From: an uncultured Acidimicrobiia bacterium
GTDB taxonomy: Bacteria > Actinomycetota > Acidimicrobiia > Spongiisociales > UBA5794
DNA: 64,000 bases
NCBI GenBank assembly: GCA_964195545.1
Contig: CAXMQQ010000084.1
Span: forward strand, 11,173 to 75,172
Reading direction: 5' to 3'
A program made the position numbers and the translations under genes. Shown in pieces: positions 1-9,934 of the stretch (position 1 is the first letter of the stretch; each line of letters opens with the position of its first letter). The notes under the pieces are model-generated. The model ran no database searches, had not been told where the DNA came from, and saw only the letters and a program-made list of their open reading frames with translations.

Positions 1-1
1 T

Positions 2-1942
2 CACGCCAGCGGGCGAACACGTGAGATGCAGGTGCTGGGCTTTGGCCGCGAGCGAGCGTACCCACTCGGTCTCACGGCCGTATCGTCCGCCCTCCTGCTC
101 GCGGCGTTGTCATCGGCGGCTGCCTTCATGTCGAATGCGGTCTCCGGAATTCAAGGCATCGTCGAATTCGGGATCGCTGCAGCGGTTGGACTGCTCCTCT
201 CGTACATGATCCTCGGCTGGATCGCCCCGAAGCTGCTGCTCTCAACCGAGGAGCGGTTGGGTCCGCGACCGGCGGACCTCAGCCATCTGCGAACGTCCGC
301 TCAAAAGGTGGGGTTCGTCGTAGCGGCGTTCATCGCCGCGATCGCAGTGACCATGACCATCGTGATGCCGGCAATTGGGTGGGGTCTCTACCTCGTGTTC
401 CTGCTTCTGTTCGTCTACCTGCCGTACTGGCTCACCCGCCGGCGTAACCGACGCGCCGCAGAAGCGGGTCGACCATTGACAGATGAGGTCAAGGGCGCTG
501 GCCACGGTTTCAGCGCTGCAGGCACCACGGTGCACTTCGTCGCAAGGTGGCGGGTGTTCGCGATCCCTCTCGTTGTAGTCCTGGCCGTGGTCGCCCTCAT
601 CGGTGCATCCAAGGTGGAGCGAGGGTTCGAGGTCAAGGACTTCTTCTCCTCGAAGACTGATTTCGTTGCGAGCCTCGACAAGCTCGAGCAGTACTGGGGA
701 AGCGGCGGAGGCACCAGCGACTACGTCTACATCGAAGGCGACCTCACCGCACCCGGAACTCTCGTCGCGGTGGAGACCGCCCAGGCGGAGATCGGAGCTT
801 CGGACGCGGAGTTCGTACGCGACTTCAACGGCGAAGTCGAATTCTCAGCGAACGCTGTCACCATTGTGCGGATCACAACGATGTCCGCGCCGATGCGCGC
901 CGCGATCGCTGCCGAACAGGGTGTCGAGATCACCGACAACGACGGCGACGGTATCGCAGATAGCCCCGAGCAGATCGCCGCGATCTACCGGTACGTCAAG
1001 ACGAACAGCGTTCTCGACGATGGTGGCGTCGAAATCTTCCCGGTCGACGTGACCGAGACGATCCTCTACGTTGGTGATGGCGTCCAAGGGACGAGGATAT
1101 CGACGGGCATAGCCACATTCACCGATGACCAGATCATTCTCGCGGGACGGGCGGTGCTCGAGGACGCCGCAGTCGGACTGAGAGCCAATCTCGCCGACGG
1201 CACCGCGACCGTCGCGGTATCCGGTGGCGCGATCACGAGCCAGGACTCCATGGATACGTTCCTGAAGTCGATGCTGCTCTCGCTCCCGATCGCGGTTGCG
1301 CTGACCTCGCTGATCGTGTTCATCACCCTCTTCTTCATCTTCCGCCACTTCGGCAGGCGGATGGCGTCGATCTTGAAGCGGTCGGGGCGCTACGCGGTGA
1401 TCTCGATGGTCCCGATCCTCCTCGTCGTTGCCATGGTTTACGGGTTCATGTACCTAGTCGGTTACCGCCTGAACCTGATCACGGCGATGATCGCAGCGAT
1501 CTCGATCGGCGTCGGCGTCGACTATGCCACGCACTTCACCGTGCGTTTCATCGAGGAATTCGAGCACGAACCCAGCCGATTCCCAGCGCTGCGCCGCACG
1601 GGCGAGGGAACCGGTGGTGCACTCACCATCTCCGCGGTGACCTCAATGACGGGGTTCCTCATCATGGCAGCGGCACCGATGCCGATGTTCGTGACGTTTG
1701 GTGTCCTCACGGCCGTCATGATTGGGTGCTCGCTGGTTGTGACGCTCCTGGTGCTTCCGAGCCTCCTGTTGCTGGTCACACCATCCCGCAAGGGCGACGA
1801 AAGGGAAGACATGATCGACGAGGTGACTCGCGGCGGGGAGTTCGACTACGAGCCGCACGAACGGGACACTGCCATGAGGCAGCCCCACGTGCAGGCGACA
1901 GCACCAACTCCGGCTTCGGAGCCCGGCGATACACAGACCTGA
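2..1942 (+). CDS. MMPL/RND-superfamily membrane exporter, C-terminal portion (5' end lies outside the window)
   Basis: The ORF is open to the window edge. It has multiple TM helices and an MMPL-like motif GVGVDYATHF before a C-terminal TM bundle, then an acidic C-terminal tail. Confidence 0.7.
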   Translation, partial: HASGRTREMQVLGFGRERAYPLGLTAVSSALLLAALSSAAAFMSNAVSGIQGIVEFGIAAAVGLLLSYMILGWIAPKLLLSTEERLGPRPADLSHLRTSAQKVGFVVAAFIAAIAVTMTIVMPAIGWGLYLVFLLLFVYLPYWLTRRRNRRAAEAGRPLTDEVKGAGHGFSAAGTTVHFVARWRVFAIPLVVVLAVVALIGASKVERGFEVKDFFSSKTDFVASLDKLEQYWGSGGGTSDYVYIEGDLTAPGTLVAVETAQAEIGASDAEFVRDFNGEVEFSANAVTIVRITTMSAPMRAAIAAEQGVEITDNDGDGIADSPEQIAAIYRYVKTNSVLDDGGVEIFPVDVTETILYVGDGVQGTRISTGIATFTDDQIILAGRAVLEDAAVGLRANLADGTATVAVSGGAITSQDSMDTFLKSMLLSLPIAVALTSLIVFITLFFIFRHFGRRMASILKRSGRYAVISMVPILLVVAMVYGFMYLVGYRLNLITAMIAAISIGVGVDYATHFTVRFIEEFEHEPSRFPALRRTGEGTGGALTISAVTSMTGFLIMAAAPMPMFVTFGVLTAVMIGCSLVVTLLVLPSLLLLVTPSRKGDEREDMIDEVTRGGEFDYEPHERDTAMRQPHVQATAPTPASEPGDTQT

Positions 1943-1998
1943 CGCTGCAAAGGACCAGCGTTGAAGGAGGTCGTGGTGTGGTGGTCGCCTTCGGGTAC

Positions 1999-2622
1999 CT
2001 AGCCGTCGAACACTAGAGAAGGGCGATAGACGTCTCCCGGATGCTCGGGGTATCCGTCGCATCCGAGCGCGACCTCGAAGAGCTCTTTGAGTTCACCCGG
2101 AATCCACGGCGTTTCGGCGAAGACCTCTCGCTGCTCGCCAATCGCGTTGACCTCAGATTGAGCATCGGCGCACGCCTGCTTGTCGTCGGCAAGCGCTACC
2201 CGATAGGCGACCATCTCCGTGGTGTCGGAGAGTTCCGCCCAGTCCGCAGCGGTGCCCGCTCGAACAGCCAGCGCCTCTTGGGTTGAGATGAAGTCACTAT
2301 CGAAATCGAAGAAGAGATGGTGGAGAGCCGCGACCTGGTCGGGCGGATCAATGGCGGCAGTGGCCTCGTCGACCCTGGACTCGATCTCTCTCACCCGATC
2401 AAGAGCGGCCTGGAGGTCCTGTGGTGTGAAATCGACGAGTTGGGCCCCGTCGGCGACGAGCACGCCTCCCAGAGGGCTCGCCACGAGCGCCTCGTACTCC
2501 TGTCTCGCCTGGTCCACGATGACATTGAGGCGGTCGACGTACTCCGTCAGTGACAGCTCACTGCCACCACCACAGCTCGCAAGCACCAGCGCCACACACA
2601 GGCCAGTCCACACCCGACGCAC
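1999..2622 (-). CDS. Putative lipoprotein (hypothetical)
   Basis: Internal GTG start gives VRRVWTGLCVALVLASCGGG, a lipobox signal peptide. The long N-terminal extension in the ORF track overlaps the qor gene, so it was trimmed. Confidence 0.45.
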   Translation of the reverse strand: MRRVWTGLCVALVLASCGGGSELSLTEYVDRLNVIVDQARQEYEALVASPLGGVLVADGAQLVDFTPQDLQAALDRVREIESRVDEATAAIDPPDQVAALHHLFFDFDSDFISTQEALAVRAGTAADWAELSDTTEMVAYRVALADDKQACADAQSEVNAIGEQREVFAETPWIPGELKELFEVALGCDGYPEHPGDVYRPSLVFDG

Positions 2623-2735
2623 GTCCGTCCTCCAGTCCGAAATCAACGTACCTTGACCACCCCCGCTGAGAAGAGCTGTCGCCACAGGAGCGAGGGTCCT
2701 GCGACGGGTTTGCCGACGGCCAGCGCCGGTCGCTC

Positions 2736-3719
2736 CTATGCGGCGTCGTCCTCCATTGTGATGATGGTCTTCCCCTGAGCGTGGCCGTCGCCGACGTGCG
2801 CGACCGCATCCGCCGTCTGGTCCAGCGGATAGACCTTGTCGACTATCGGCCTGATCTTCCCAGCTTCTGAGAGGTCCTTGAGGGCAGCGAGATCTTCCGG
2901 CTTCGACGCCGAAATGAACGGGCGCCCTTGCTGGTTGACAAACAGCGACAAGGCGAACGCAGCGATTGGCTCCTTCAGGCCGCCGAACCAACCGCCGATC
3001 GGTGCGCCGTTGGCCAGAAGTGTCCCGGTTGGTTTGAGCGCCCGTCTGGTGTCTGACAACGAATGACTCCCCACGTTGTCGAGGACGAAGTCGTACCGCT
3101 GCCCCCCTTCAGTGAAGTCCTCTTCGGTGTAGTCAATGACGTGGTCTGCGCCGATCGACTGGACCATCTCCACGTTCCTCGTGCTGCAGACACCGGTCAC
3201 TTCCGCACCGAGCGACTTGGCAATCTGTACGGCGAACGTCCCGACGCCTCCGGATGCTCCGGTGATCAGAACCTGCTGTCCCTCCTGAACGTTGCCTTGA
3301 TCTCGAAGGGCCTGCAGAGCGGTGAGTGCGGACACCCCGACGGCAGATGCTTGCTCGAATGTCAGATTGTCCGGTTGCAGGGCAAGTGAGTCCTTGGGGA
3401 AGGATGCATACTCGGCGAACGCACCCTTGTATGATCCGAAGACATCATCGCCAGGCTGGAGTTCCGTCACGTCCTTACCGACCGTCTCGACCGTGCCCGC
3501 GATGTCCGTTCCCGGCACACGGTTCTTTGCCCTCATCGACGAGAAGATCGGCCGCATGACGTACGGCAGGCCTCCGATCGTGTAGTAGTCGCCAATGTGT
3601 ATGGAGGCGGCGTGGACTCGAACCAGCGCCTCATCGTCGCCAACGGTCGGCGTATCGATTTCCTTGAGTGTCAGCACGTCATGGGGTGACCCGAACTTGT
3701 CTTGGATGATCGCCTTCAT
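2736..3719 (-). CDS. qor: NADPH:quinone oxidoreductase / zinc-type alcohol dehydrogenase-like (MDR superfamily)
   Basis: Full-length MDR fold with GASGGVGTFAVQIAK Rossmann motif and typical N-terminal MKAIIQDKFGSP...LVRVHAASIH. Confidence 0.85.
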   Translation of the reverse strand: MKAIIQDKFGSPHDVLTLKEIDTPTVGDDEALVRVHAASIHIGDYYTIGGLPYVMRPIFSSMRAKNRVPGTDIAGTVETVGKDVTELQPGDDVFGSYKGAFAEYASFPKDSLALQPDNLTFEQASAVGVSALTALQALRDQGNVQEGQQVLITGASGGVGTFAVQIAKSLGAEVTGVCSTRNVEMVQSIGADHVIDYTEEDFTEGGQRYDFVLDNVGSHSLSDTRRALKPTGTLLANGAPIGGWFGGLKEPIAAFALSLFVNQQGRPFISASKPEDLAALKDLSEAGKIRPIVDKVYPLDQTADAVAHVGDGHAQGKTIITMEDDAA

Positions 3720-4005
3720 CGCTTGCTCTTCCCTTCGTAGTTCACTCGAATGCTGTCAAGGTAGTGGAGTTCATGTCGCGGACCGACGACGGGATCGCGT
3801 TCCTTCGAACAGAAGACTCGGAGCGTGTAATGGTCATCGTCAATCGGAGCCCCGAACCAGCGCCCGTCTCGATGAACGTACCCGTGTCCATCCCCACCGT
3901 CGTTTGGGGTTCCGGTCAGGTTGAAAGAACGGAGGATGGTGTCTCGGTGACACCCCGTCGGGGGTCGCGATCGTCATGCTTTGACGCTGGGCACCAGAGG
4001 AACGA

Positions 4006-5052
4006 TCACCACCGGGCGTGGTGCTCCTCCGCCCATCCAACGATCCCGTCGATAGGAATGTTCTCGCCGTCATCGGCGAGAACCGTTCCCGTGTAGCGCC
4101 CGAACATCTGGTGCACCTCGGACTGGATCACAACGAGCTTCGTCTCAGCAACTCTCTCGACGAACGGTGTGAACTCAAGATCGACCCGCGCAGAACGCAT
4201 CTGCCACGGTCGCATGAAGTCGGATGCTGTGTAGTCGATGATGACGTCTCCGAGCTTGTGGATGCGTCCGTCGAGCAGCAGCGTGTTCTCGGTCGCCGCC
4301 GACGTGTCGCCGAATCCGTACCCCATGTTCAAGCCGACACGGCGTCCGTCGTCGATGCTTCCGGAGGCGCTCGCCCACACCCAGAAGGAGTTGTACTCCC
4401 ACACGCCTCGGCCCCAGTCGAGATTCCCGAAACTCGACTCTGTTCGAAGCGCGGTGACCTCGCTACCGATCCGGAGCGTCCCCTCGACGGGCATGGCGTT
4501 GATCTTCCGGTTGTAGTAGAACCGCCGACCGGGGATCGGAGTGACAATGACCGTCGATTCGTGGTCTTTGGCGAGAGAGAAATAGAGGTCAGCGCTGAGT
4601 CGGAAGCCGTCGAAGTCGTCCCAACGAACCGTGACACGGCGGCCGCGGTCTTCCACGGCGAACCGAACGTCGACACGCTTGCTCGAGTAGCTGCAATCGC
4701 CCACGATGCTGTTCCTCGCCAGTTCGACTCCTCGCACGGGTGGAACGATGACGGATTCCTCGTGGTACGACGCAGCATCGAAGTCAACGAGATACACGAA
4801 TGCCATTCCGACATAGCCGAGGTCGGCGAGCGTGACCGAGAAGTAGCCATCCGGGGACGTGACTCCGTAGTAGTCCCAGCGCTTCGCCCGGAAACGTTGG
4901 AGTGGCCGGATCCCAACAGTGTGGGCATCTTCCATGTTGCAGTCGAGGAGCGGTTGCCTCGCCCATCCGGTCTGAACGAGCCGGCCCGAACTGTCCAGGA
5001 GTCGAGATGCCTCCGTGATCTCACGCTGAGCGGGGGCCGCTGTGTCACTCAC
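4006..5052 (-). CDS. DUF2804-family protein (hypothetical)
   Basis: 348 aa soluble protein with the FYYNRK motif I recall for DUF2804. Last gene of a 3-gene minus-strand operon, with ATGA overlap to the upstream gene. Confidence 0.55.
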   Translation of the reverse strand: MSDTAAPAQREITEASRLLDSSGRLVQTGWARQPLLDCNMEDAHTVGIRPLQRFRAKRWDYYGVTSPDGYFSVTLADLGYVGMAFVYLVDFDAASYHEESVIVPPVRGVELARNSIVGDCSYSSKRVDVRFAVEDRGRRVTVRWDDFDGFRLSADLYFSLAKDHESTVIVTPIPGRRFYYNRKINAMPVEGTLRIGSEVTALRTESSFGNLDWGRGVWEYNSFWVWASASGSIDDGRRVGLNMGYGFGDTSAATENTLLLDGRIHKLGDVIIDYTASDFMRPWQMRSARVDLEFTPFVERVAETKLVVIQSEVHQMFGRYTGTVLADDGENIPIDGIVGWAEEHHARW

Positions 5053-5306
5053 CGTGAGTCGCCGCTCTCATCGCCCTCACCGCTCATCCGCCGCCTGAGC
5101 AGGAGCGGAAGGACCGCCATCACGACGAAACCGATTGCTGCGACGAACGCGATCAGGTTCTGGCTGTTCGCCGACTGGGATTCGACGCCGAACGCCGTTG
5201 CCAGGACACCAACGAGCAGGCCCGCGATGAGAGCGATTGCCGCTGAGGCAAGAAGCCACACGAGGTAGCCAACGACCAGCTTCCAGGTCGCGGCATTGTC
5301 GCCCAT
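5049..5306 (-). CDS. Small membrane protein (hypothetical, 85 aa, 2 TM)
   Basis: Two hydrophobic helices. Translationally coupled to both neighbours (TGATG overlap at 5306 and ATGA at 5049). Confidence 0.4.
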   Translation of the reverse strand: MGDNAATWKLVVGYLVWLLASAAIALIAGLLVGVLATAFGVESQSANSQNLIAFVAAIGFVVMAVLPLLLRRRMSGEGDESGDSR

Positions 5307-5665
5307 CAGTCGGTGACGAACCGGAGCGTGAGCGGATACCGGTAGAACTCACCATTCGCTGCTCTGATACCGGCGATGATCGTCACGACCAGAGCGAAGA
5401 TCAGGACCGCGAAGATGAGGATGAACCCGATGAGCACGAACATCAGGACGATCGATCCGATCACGTAGATGATCAAGGAGATCTGGAAGTTCAACGCCTC
5501 CCGCGCGTGGTACTCGACGAACGGATCCTCCTCGCGTTTCATCAGCCAGATGACGAGCGGCGCGATGAATCCCAGCCCGATCAATGGAATGAGATGAGCG
5601 GCCGTGGCCCAACCCCGCGACTCGGAAGGAACAGGCTCGGGTACGGCCGGGTAGTCACTGGTCAT
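5306..5665 (-). CDS. DUF4870-like small membrane protein
   Basis: Internal ATG start (MTSDYPAVPE...) followed by hydrophobic helices (LIPLIGLGFIAPLVIWLM..., LIIYVIGSIVLMFVLIGFILIF). The ORF-track N-terminal extension is Arg-rich junk. Confidence 0.5.
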   Translation of the reverse strand: MTSDYPAVPEPVPSESRGWATAAHLIPLIGLGFIAPLVIWLMKREEDPFVEYHAREALNFQISLIIYVIGSIVLMFVLIGFILIFAVLIFALVVTIIAGIRAANGEFYRYPLTLRFVTD

Positions 5666-5736
5666 GTCGATCCTTTCGCTGACGTGCGGAGGATACCGAC
5701 GATGTCCCACCCGACGGCGTAATCGCCGCGCGGAGG

Positions 5737-6486
5737 TCAGTTCGCGAATGTGAGAGCCTGACGGCTGGCCCATCGTTGGGAGGCTGTCCCGTACGCGGCG
5801 CGGGATGCTTCGCCGTCTCCTCTCTCGAGCGCCTCGAGGCTCTTGCGGACGTCCTCGGCAGACTCATCGAACGTGAGGTCTCCATCGGCAAAGTGGTCGG
5901 CCACCGTCGCATAGTCGAGCTCCAGCATCGATCCGGCGGGGAATTCAGCGAGCCAGCGCTCGAGATCGCGGACCTGGTCGATGACCGGTTCGGGAAAGCC
6001 GGCACCGTCGAGCACGCGAACCGCCCAACCGATGCGATCAACGGCTTCACCGAGATCCGTCCGGTAGCGGATCCCGAGGCCGTCGTGACGCTCGTAGATC
6101 TCCCGTTCAGATGGGTTGAAGGCACCGAACCAGCGCAACGGGACATGCCAAGGCGACGCGAGGATGTGGCTTCTCCGATTGGCAGAGCGAAGATCGGCGA
6201 GCTCCCGTTTGAACGATTCACGTTCTTCTTCGCTCACAAGCGGGATCTTCGGATACGTCCCCGAGAAAGCCAGCACTCCTTCGACCATGCGGAGCCGGGT
6301 GGTGCGTGGGCATGCATACGACAGCCCGTTCCACACGGTGACGAAGGCGTCCTCTCGCAGCGATTCATCCCAAACGAACCGGCCATCAGATCGGACCATA
6401 CGACTATCGGAAGTGGTCTCGTCATGTGGCTCAATATCGATGGCGTCACCGGTGACGAATACCCTGAGGTAGGCCGTGCTGATCAT
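5737..6486 (-). CDS. Hypothetical protein (249 aa)
   Basis: Continuous ORF with no recognisable motifs. Divergent from the leucine dehydrogenase gene. Confidence 0.45.
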   Translation of the reverse strand: MISTAYLRVFVTGDAIDIEPHDETTSDSRMVRSDGRFVWDESLREDAFVTVWNGLSYACPRTTRLRMVEGVLAFSGTYPKIPLVSEEERESFKRELADLRSANRRSHILASPWHVPLRWFGAFNPSEREIYERHDGLGIRYRTDLGEAVDRIGWAVRVLDGAGFPEPVIDQVRDLERWLAEFPAGSMLELDYATVADHFADGDLTFDESAEDVRKSLEALERGDGEASRAAYGTASQRWASRQALTFAN

Positions 6487-6592
6487 TCAGGGATGGTACC
6501 GGGCGCGGTTCCGGAACCGACGGGGAACCTCTCAGTTAGAATCGTCCTGTATCTCGAGCCATGTCCTTGGCGGTCCGTCGAAAGGAGTCGCG

Positions 6593-7669
6593 TTGGGAGT
6601 TTTCGAAGCGATCGGTACCGAATCGCACGAAGAGGTACTTTTCGGCGTAGACCACGAGAGCGGTCTACAGACGATCATCGCGATTCACGACACGTCACTC
6701 GGTCCCGCCCTCGGTGGGACCCGCTTCTATCCGTATGCCGACGAAGCAGCGGCCCTCAAGGACGTTCTCCGACTCTCCAAAGGAATGACCTTGAAGTCCG
6801 CCGCTGCCAGCCTTGACCTCGGTGGAGGCAAAGCGGTCATCATCGGCGATCCGGCAGAGGTCCGGAGCGAGTCCCTGATCCGCGCCTACGGACGGGTCGT
6901 CAATTCCCTCGGTGGCCGCTACGTCACGGCCGCTGATGTCGGGACCACTACCGACGACATGGTCTTGATCGCAAAGGAAACGCCTTGGGTCTCAGGGTTG
7001 CCCTACGCCCAGGGCGGATCGGGTGACCCGTCACCCGCCACCGCGCGCGGTGTGATGGCCGCGTTGCGCGGCATCGGAGAGCGGCTTTGGGGATCAGGCG
7101 ATCTCGCAGGTCGCCGCGTCGCCGTCCAGGGTGTCGGAAAGGTTGGGATGGATCTCGTGCGACGCCTCACCGAAGTCGGCACCGAGACCGTCGTTGCCGA
7201 CGCCAATGCCGATGCGGTGGCCCACGCAGTTGAAACGTATGGATCGCAGGGCGTCTCCGTGGACGGGATCTACGACATCACGTGCGACATCTTCTCTCCA
7301 AGCGCACTCGGTGCCACGCTCAACGAAGAGACGATTCAGCGCCTTCGGTGCGCGGCGATCGCCGGTTGCGCCAACAACCAGCTCGCTACCGACGACGACA
7401 TGGCGCGAATTGTCGAGCGAGGCATTCTCTATGCCCCGGACTTCGTCGTGAACGCGGGCGGTGTCATCAATATCGCAGCTGAAACCGGCGGATACTCGGC
7501 CGAACGAGCCGGGGAGATGGTTGACCGAATCCACGACAACGTCATCGCTGTGTTCGAGACCGCCGCCAGCGACGGTGTAGACACACATGACGCAGCGGTG
7601 CGGTTCGCGCAGCAGAGGATCGATCAGGCAGGAGGCTCCCGCTTCAATCCACAATCAAGCGGGACGTGA
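6593..7669 (+). CDS. Leucine/valine dehydrogenase (Glu/Leu/Phe/Val dehydrogenase family)
   Basis: TTG start 5 nt after AAAGGAG. N-terminus aligns with LeuDH (EEVLFGVDHESGLQTIIAIHDTSLGPALGGTRFYPY). Catalytic Lys region SKGMTLKSAAASLDLGGGKAV and a Rossmann GVGKVG motif. Confidence 0.85.
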   Translation: MGVFEAIGTESHEEVLFGVDHESGLQTIIAIHDTSLGPALGGTRFYPYADEAAALKDVLRLSKGMTLKSAAASLDLGGGKAVIIGDPAEVRSESLIRAYGRVVNSLGGRYVTAADVGTTTDDMVLIAKETPWVSGLPYAQGGSGDPSPATARGVMAALRGIGERLWGSGDLAGRRVAVQGVGKVGMDLVRRLTEVGTETVVADANADAVAHAVETYGSQGVSVDGIYDITCDIFSPSALGATLNEETIQRLRCAAIAGCANNQLATDDDMARIVERGILYAPDFVVNAGGVINIAAETGGYSAERAGEMVDRIHDNVIAVFETAASDGVDTHDAAVRFAQQRIDQAGGSRFNPQSSGT

Positions 7670-7679
7670 AAGGAGCGCC

Positions 7680-9710
7680 GTGACCACCGGATTCGACGGC
7701 CACATCGACCACTTCGGTCTCGGGCTGACGGAGGATGACCTCGTTGACCTCTACCGCAAGATGCTTGTCTCGCGACGACTCGACGAGAAGATCTGGGCGC
7801 TCAATCGCCAGGGGCGGATTCCGTTCGTCGTCTCGGTATCCGGTCACGAAGCCACGCAGGTCGGCATCGCTGCGGCTCTGGATCCGAAACGCGATTGGTC
7901 GCTGCCGTACTACCGCGACATTGCCTTCAACATCGGCCTGGGTGTTTCGGCCGAGGACATCTTCATGGGCCAGTTCGCCAAGGCAGCCGACCCGTCCTCG
8001 GGCGGCAGGCAGATGCCCAACCACTGGTCTGAACCGGACTTGAATCTCTTCACCCATTCGTCGGTGATCGCCACGCAGTATCCCCACGCGGTCGGGATCG
8101 CCTACGAACTCAAGCGTCGCGGTTCGGACGGTGTCGTCTATGTCTCCGGCGGAGAAGGATCGACGTCGGAGGGCGATTGGCACGAGGCAATGAACTTCGC
8201 CGGGATCCACAAGCTCCCGGTGATCTTCGTCATTCAAAACAACCTCTACGCGATCTCCGTACCTGCTGCAGAAGAGGTCGCCGGACAGGTCGCCGATCGG
8301 GCCAAAGGCTACGGGATGGAGGGGGTCGTCGTCGATGGCAACAGCGTCCTCGCCATGTACGCGGCTTCCACTGAAGCCGTAGCCCGAGCCAGGGCAGGAG
8401 AAGGACCGACTCTGATCGAAGCGAAGACCTACCGCTACTACGCACACACGTCCGATGATGACGACAAGTTGTACCGGACCCGGGAAGAAGTCGAACTGTG
8501 GAGGCGGAAGGACCCCATTCCGCAGTTCCGCCAGTATCTCGTCGAGCAGCGCGCCCTCGACGCTGCAGCGGAAGAGCGGCTCGAAGCCGAGGTCACGGAT
8601 CTCGTCAGTCGCGCGGCGGCTACTGCGGAGAGTGCTCCCGATCCGACGGATGCCACGAGCCATGTATACGCGAATCCGATCGTTCCCTCGATTGCCGTTG
8701 AGGCGATGGAACCCGCGTTCGCCGGTGAAGAGATCAACCTCGTCACCGCGGTCAACCGGACGCTGCACTACGCGATGGGACGCGACCCGCAGACCGTCAT
8801 CTTCGGCGAGGACGTCGCAGATCCGAAGGGTGGCGTCTTCAAGGCAACGGCCGGGCTCACCGACGCGTACGGGTCCGGGCGTTCGTTCAACACACCCCTG
8901 GCGGAATCGGTGATCATCGGCCTCGGTGTGGGGATCGCGGCAACAGGAACGAAGGCGATCGCTGAGATTCAGTTCGCAGACTTCATCCACCCTGCGTTCG
9001 ATCAGATCATCTCTGAAGTTGCTCGGATCACATACCGGACCAACGGCCGATGGGGCTGCCCGATGGTGATCCGCACGCCGTATGGGGGCGGAGTTCACGG
9101 CGCCCTCTACCACTCGCAGTCGATCGAGGCGTTCTACGCTCACATACCGGGCCTCAAGATCGTGACGCCTTCGACCCCGGCAGACGCCAAGGGACTGCTC
9201 CTCTCCGCGATCGACGATCCCGACCCGGTGATGTTCCTTGAGCCGAAGAAGCTCTACCGCCTCGCAGTCGGCCCGGTGCCGGATGGTGATTATCGCATCC
9301 CGATCGGTCAGGCGGCACTGCGACGAGTAGGCGGCGATCTGACGATCATCTCCTATGGGTCGATGGCTCACTTTTCGGTCGAGGCCGCGAATCGACTTGC
9401 AGCGGAGGGAATCGACGCCACCGTGGTCGACCTTCGCTCGCTGAAGCCGCTCGATTGGCCAACGATCGAATCCGCTGTGAAGCGCACGAGCAAGGTACTG
9501 ATCGTGTACGAGGACAACGAATTTCTCGGCTACGGAGCGGAAGTATCGGCACAGATCTCGGAGCGCGCTTTCGATTGGCTCGATGCGCCGGTGCGCCGCT
9601 ATGCATCACCCGATGTGCCGACGTTCCCGTATGCCGCCTCGCTCGAGAAGCAGATCATTCCGAACGTCGACGGCATCGTCGAACGGGCCCAGTCCCTGGC
9701 GGCGTACTGA
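7680..9710 (+). CDS. 2-oxoacid (branched-chain alpha-keto acid) dehydrogenase E1 component, fused alpha+beta subunits in one polypeptide
   Basis: GTG start after AAAGGAG. The N-terminal half is a TPP-binding E1 alpha (YRDIAF..., GGEGSTSEGDWHEAMNFAG). The C-terminal half is E1 beta (EINLVTAVNRTLHYAM...FGEDVADPKGGVFKAT...FNTPLAE). No stop codon separates the two halves. Confidence 0.8.
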   Translation: MTTGFDGHIDHFGLGLTEDDLVDLYRKMLVSRRLDEKIWALNRQGRIPFVVSVSGHEATQVGIAAALDPKRDWSLPYYRDIAFNIGLGVSAEDIFMGQFAKAADPSSGGRQMPNHWSEPDLNLFTHSSVIATQYPHAVGIAYELKRRGSDGVVYVSGGEGSTSEGDWHEAMNFAGIHKLPVIFVIQNNLYAISVPAAEEVAGQVADRAKGYGMEGVVVDGNSVLAMYAASTEAVARARAGEGPTLIEAKTYRYYAHTSDDDDKLYRTREEVELWRRKDPIPQFRQYLVEQRALDAAAEERLEAEVTDLVSRAAATAESAPDPTDATSHVYANPIVPSIAVEAMEPAFAGEEINLVTAVNRTLHYAMGRDPQTVIFGEDVADPKGGVFKATAGLTDAYGSGRSFNTPLAESVIIGLGVGIAATGTKAIAEIQFADFIHPAFDQIISEVARITYRTNGRWGCPMVIRTPYGGGVHGALYHSQSIEAFYAHIPGLKIVTPSTPADAKGLLLSAIDDPDPVMFLEPKKLYRLAVGPVPDGDYRIPIGQAALRRVGGDLTIISYGSMAHFSVEAANRLAAEGIDATVVDLRSLKPLDWPTIESAVKRTSKVLIVYEDNEFLGYGAEVSAQISERAFDWLDAPVRRYASPDVPTFPYAASLEKQIIPNVDGIVERAQSLAAY

Positions 9711-9934
9711 CAAACCATGGCCGTCCGGATTCCATAGTCCGTTGTCCGTATTCAGGAAGGCTGCGAGCGGTGAACGATGGCCACGCGTGTGTCCATCTTC
9801 TTGTGGGTCTCCTCACATGACGGTGGAGCTATTCACTCTCGTACTCCGCTGAGAGAACGACGATCTTCATCAACTGCACTTCTCAGCTTTGAGCCCATCT
9901 ACGCCACCGAGGCCCTGCGTCGTAGAGTGGCACC

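Noticed and set aside
3720-4005. Possible small gene (ORF 3764-4096 +) or structured RNA in the 286-bp gap between qor and the DUF2804 operon
   Set aside because: The ORF overlaps the DUF2804 3' end and has no RBS or motif. The gap contains two short hairpins (GGTGTC...GACACC and CCCCGTCGGGGG) consistent with a terminator for the upstream operon plus the qor promoter.
7644-9371. 575-aa ORF antisense to the E1 alpha/beta gene; similar long antisense ORFs at 4018-5268 (+), 23186-24214 (+), 31808-32719 (-), 39939-41651 (-), 35319-36380 (+) and 16434-17018 (+)
   Set aside because: High-GC genomes generate long stop-free antisense frames. These are Arg/Pro/Gly-rich with no motifs and fully overlap well-supported genes on the opposite strand.
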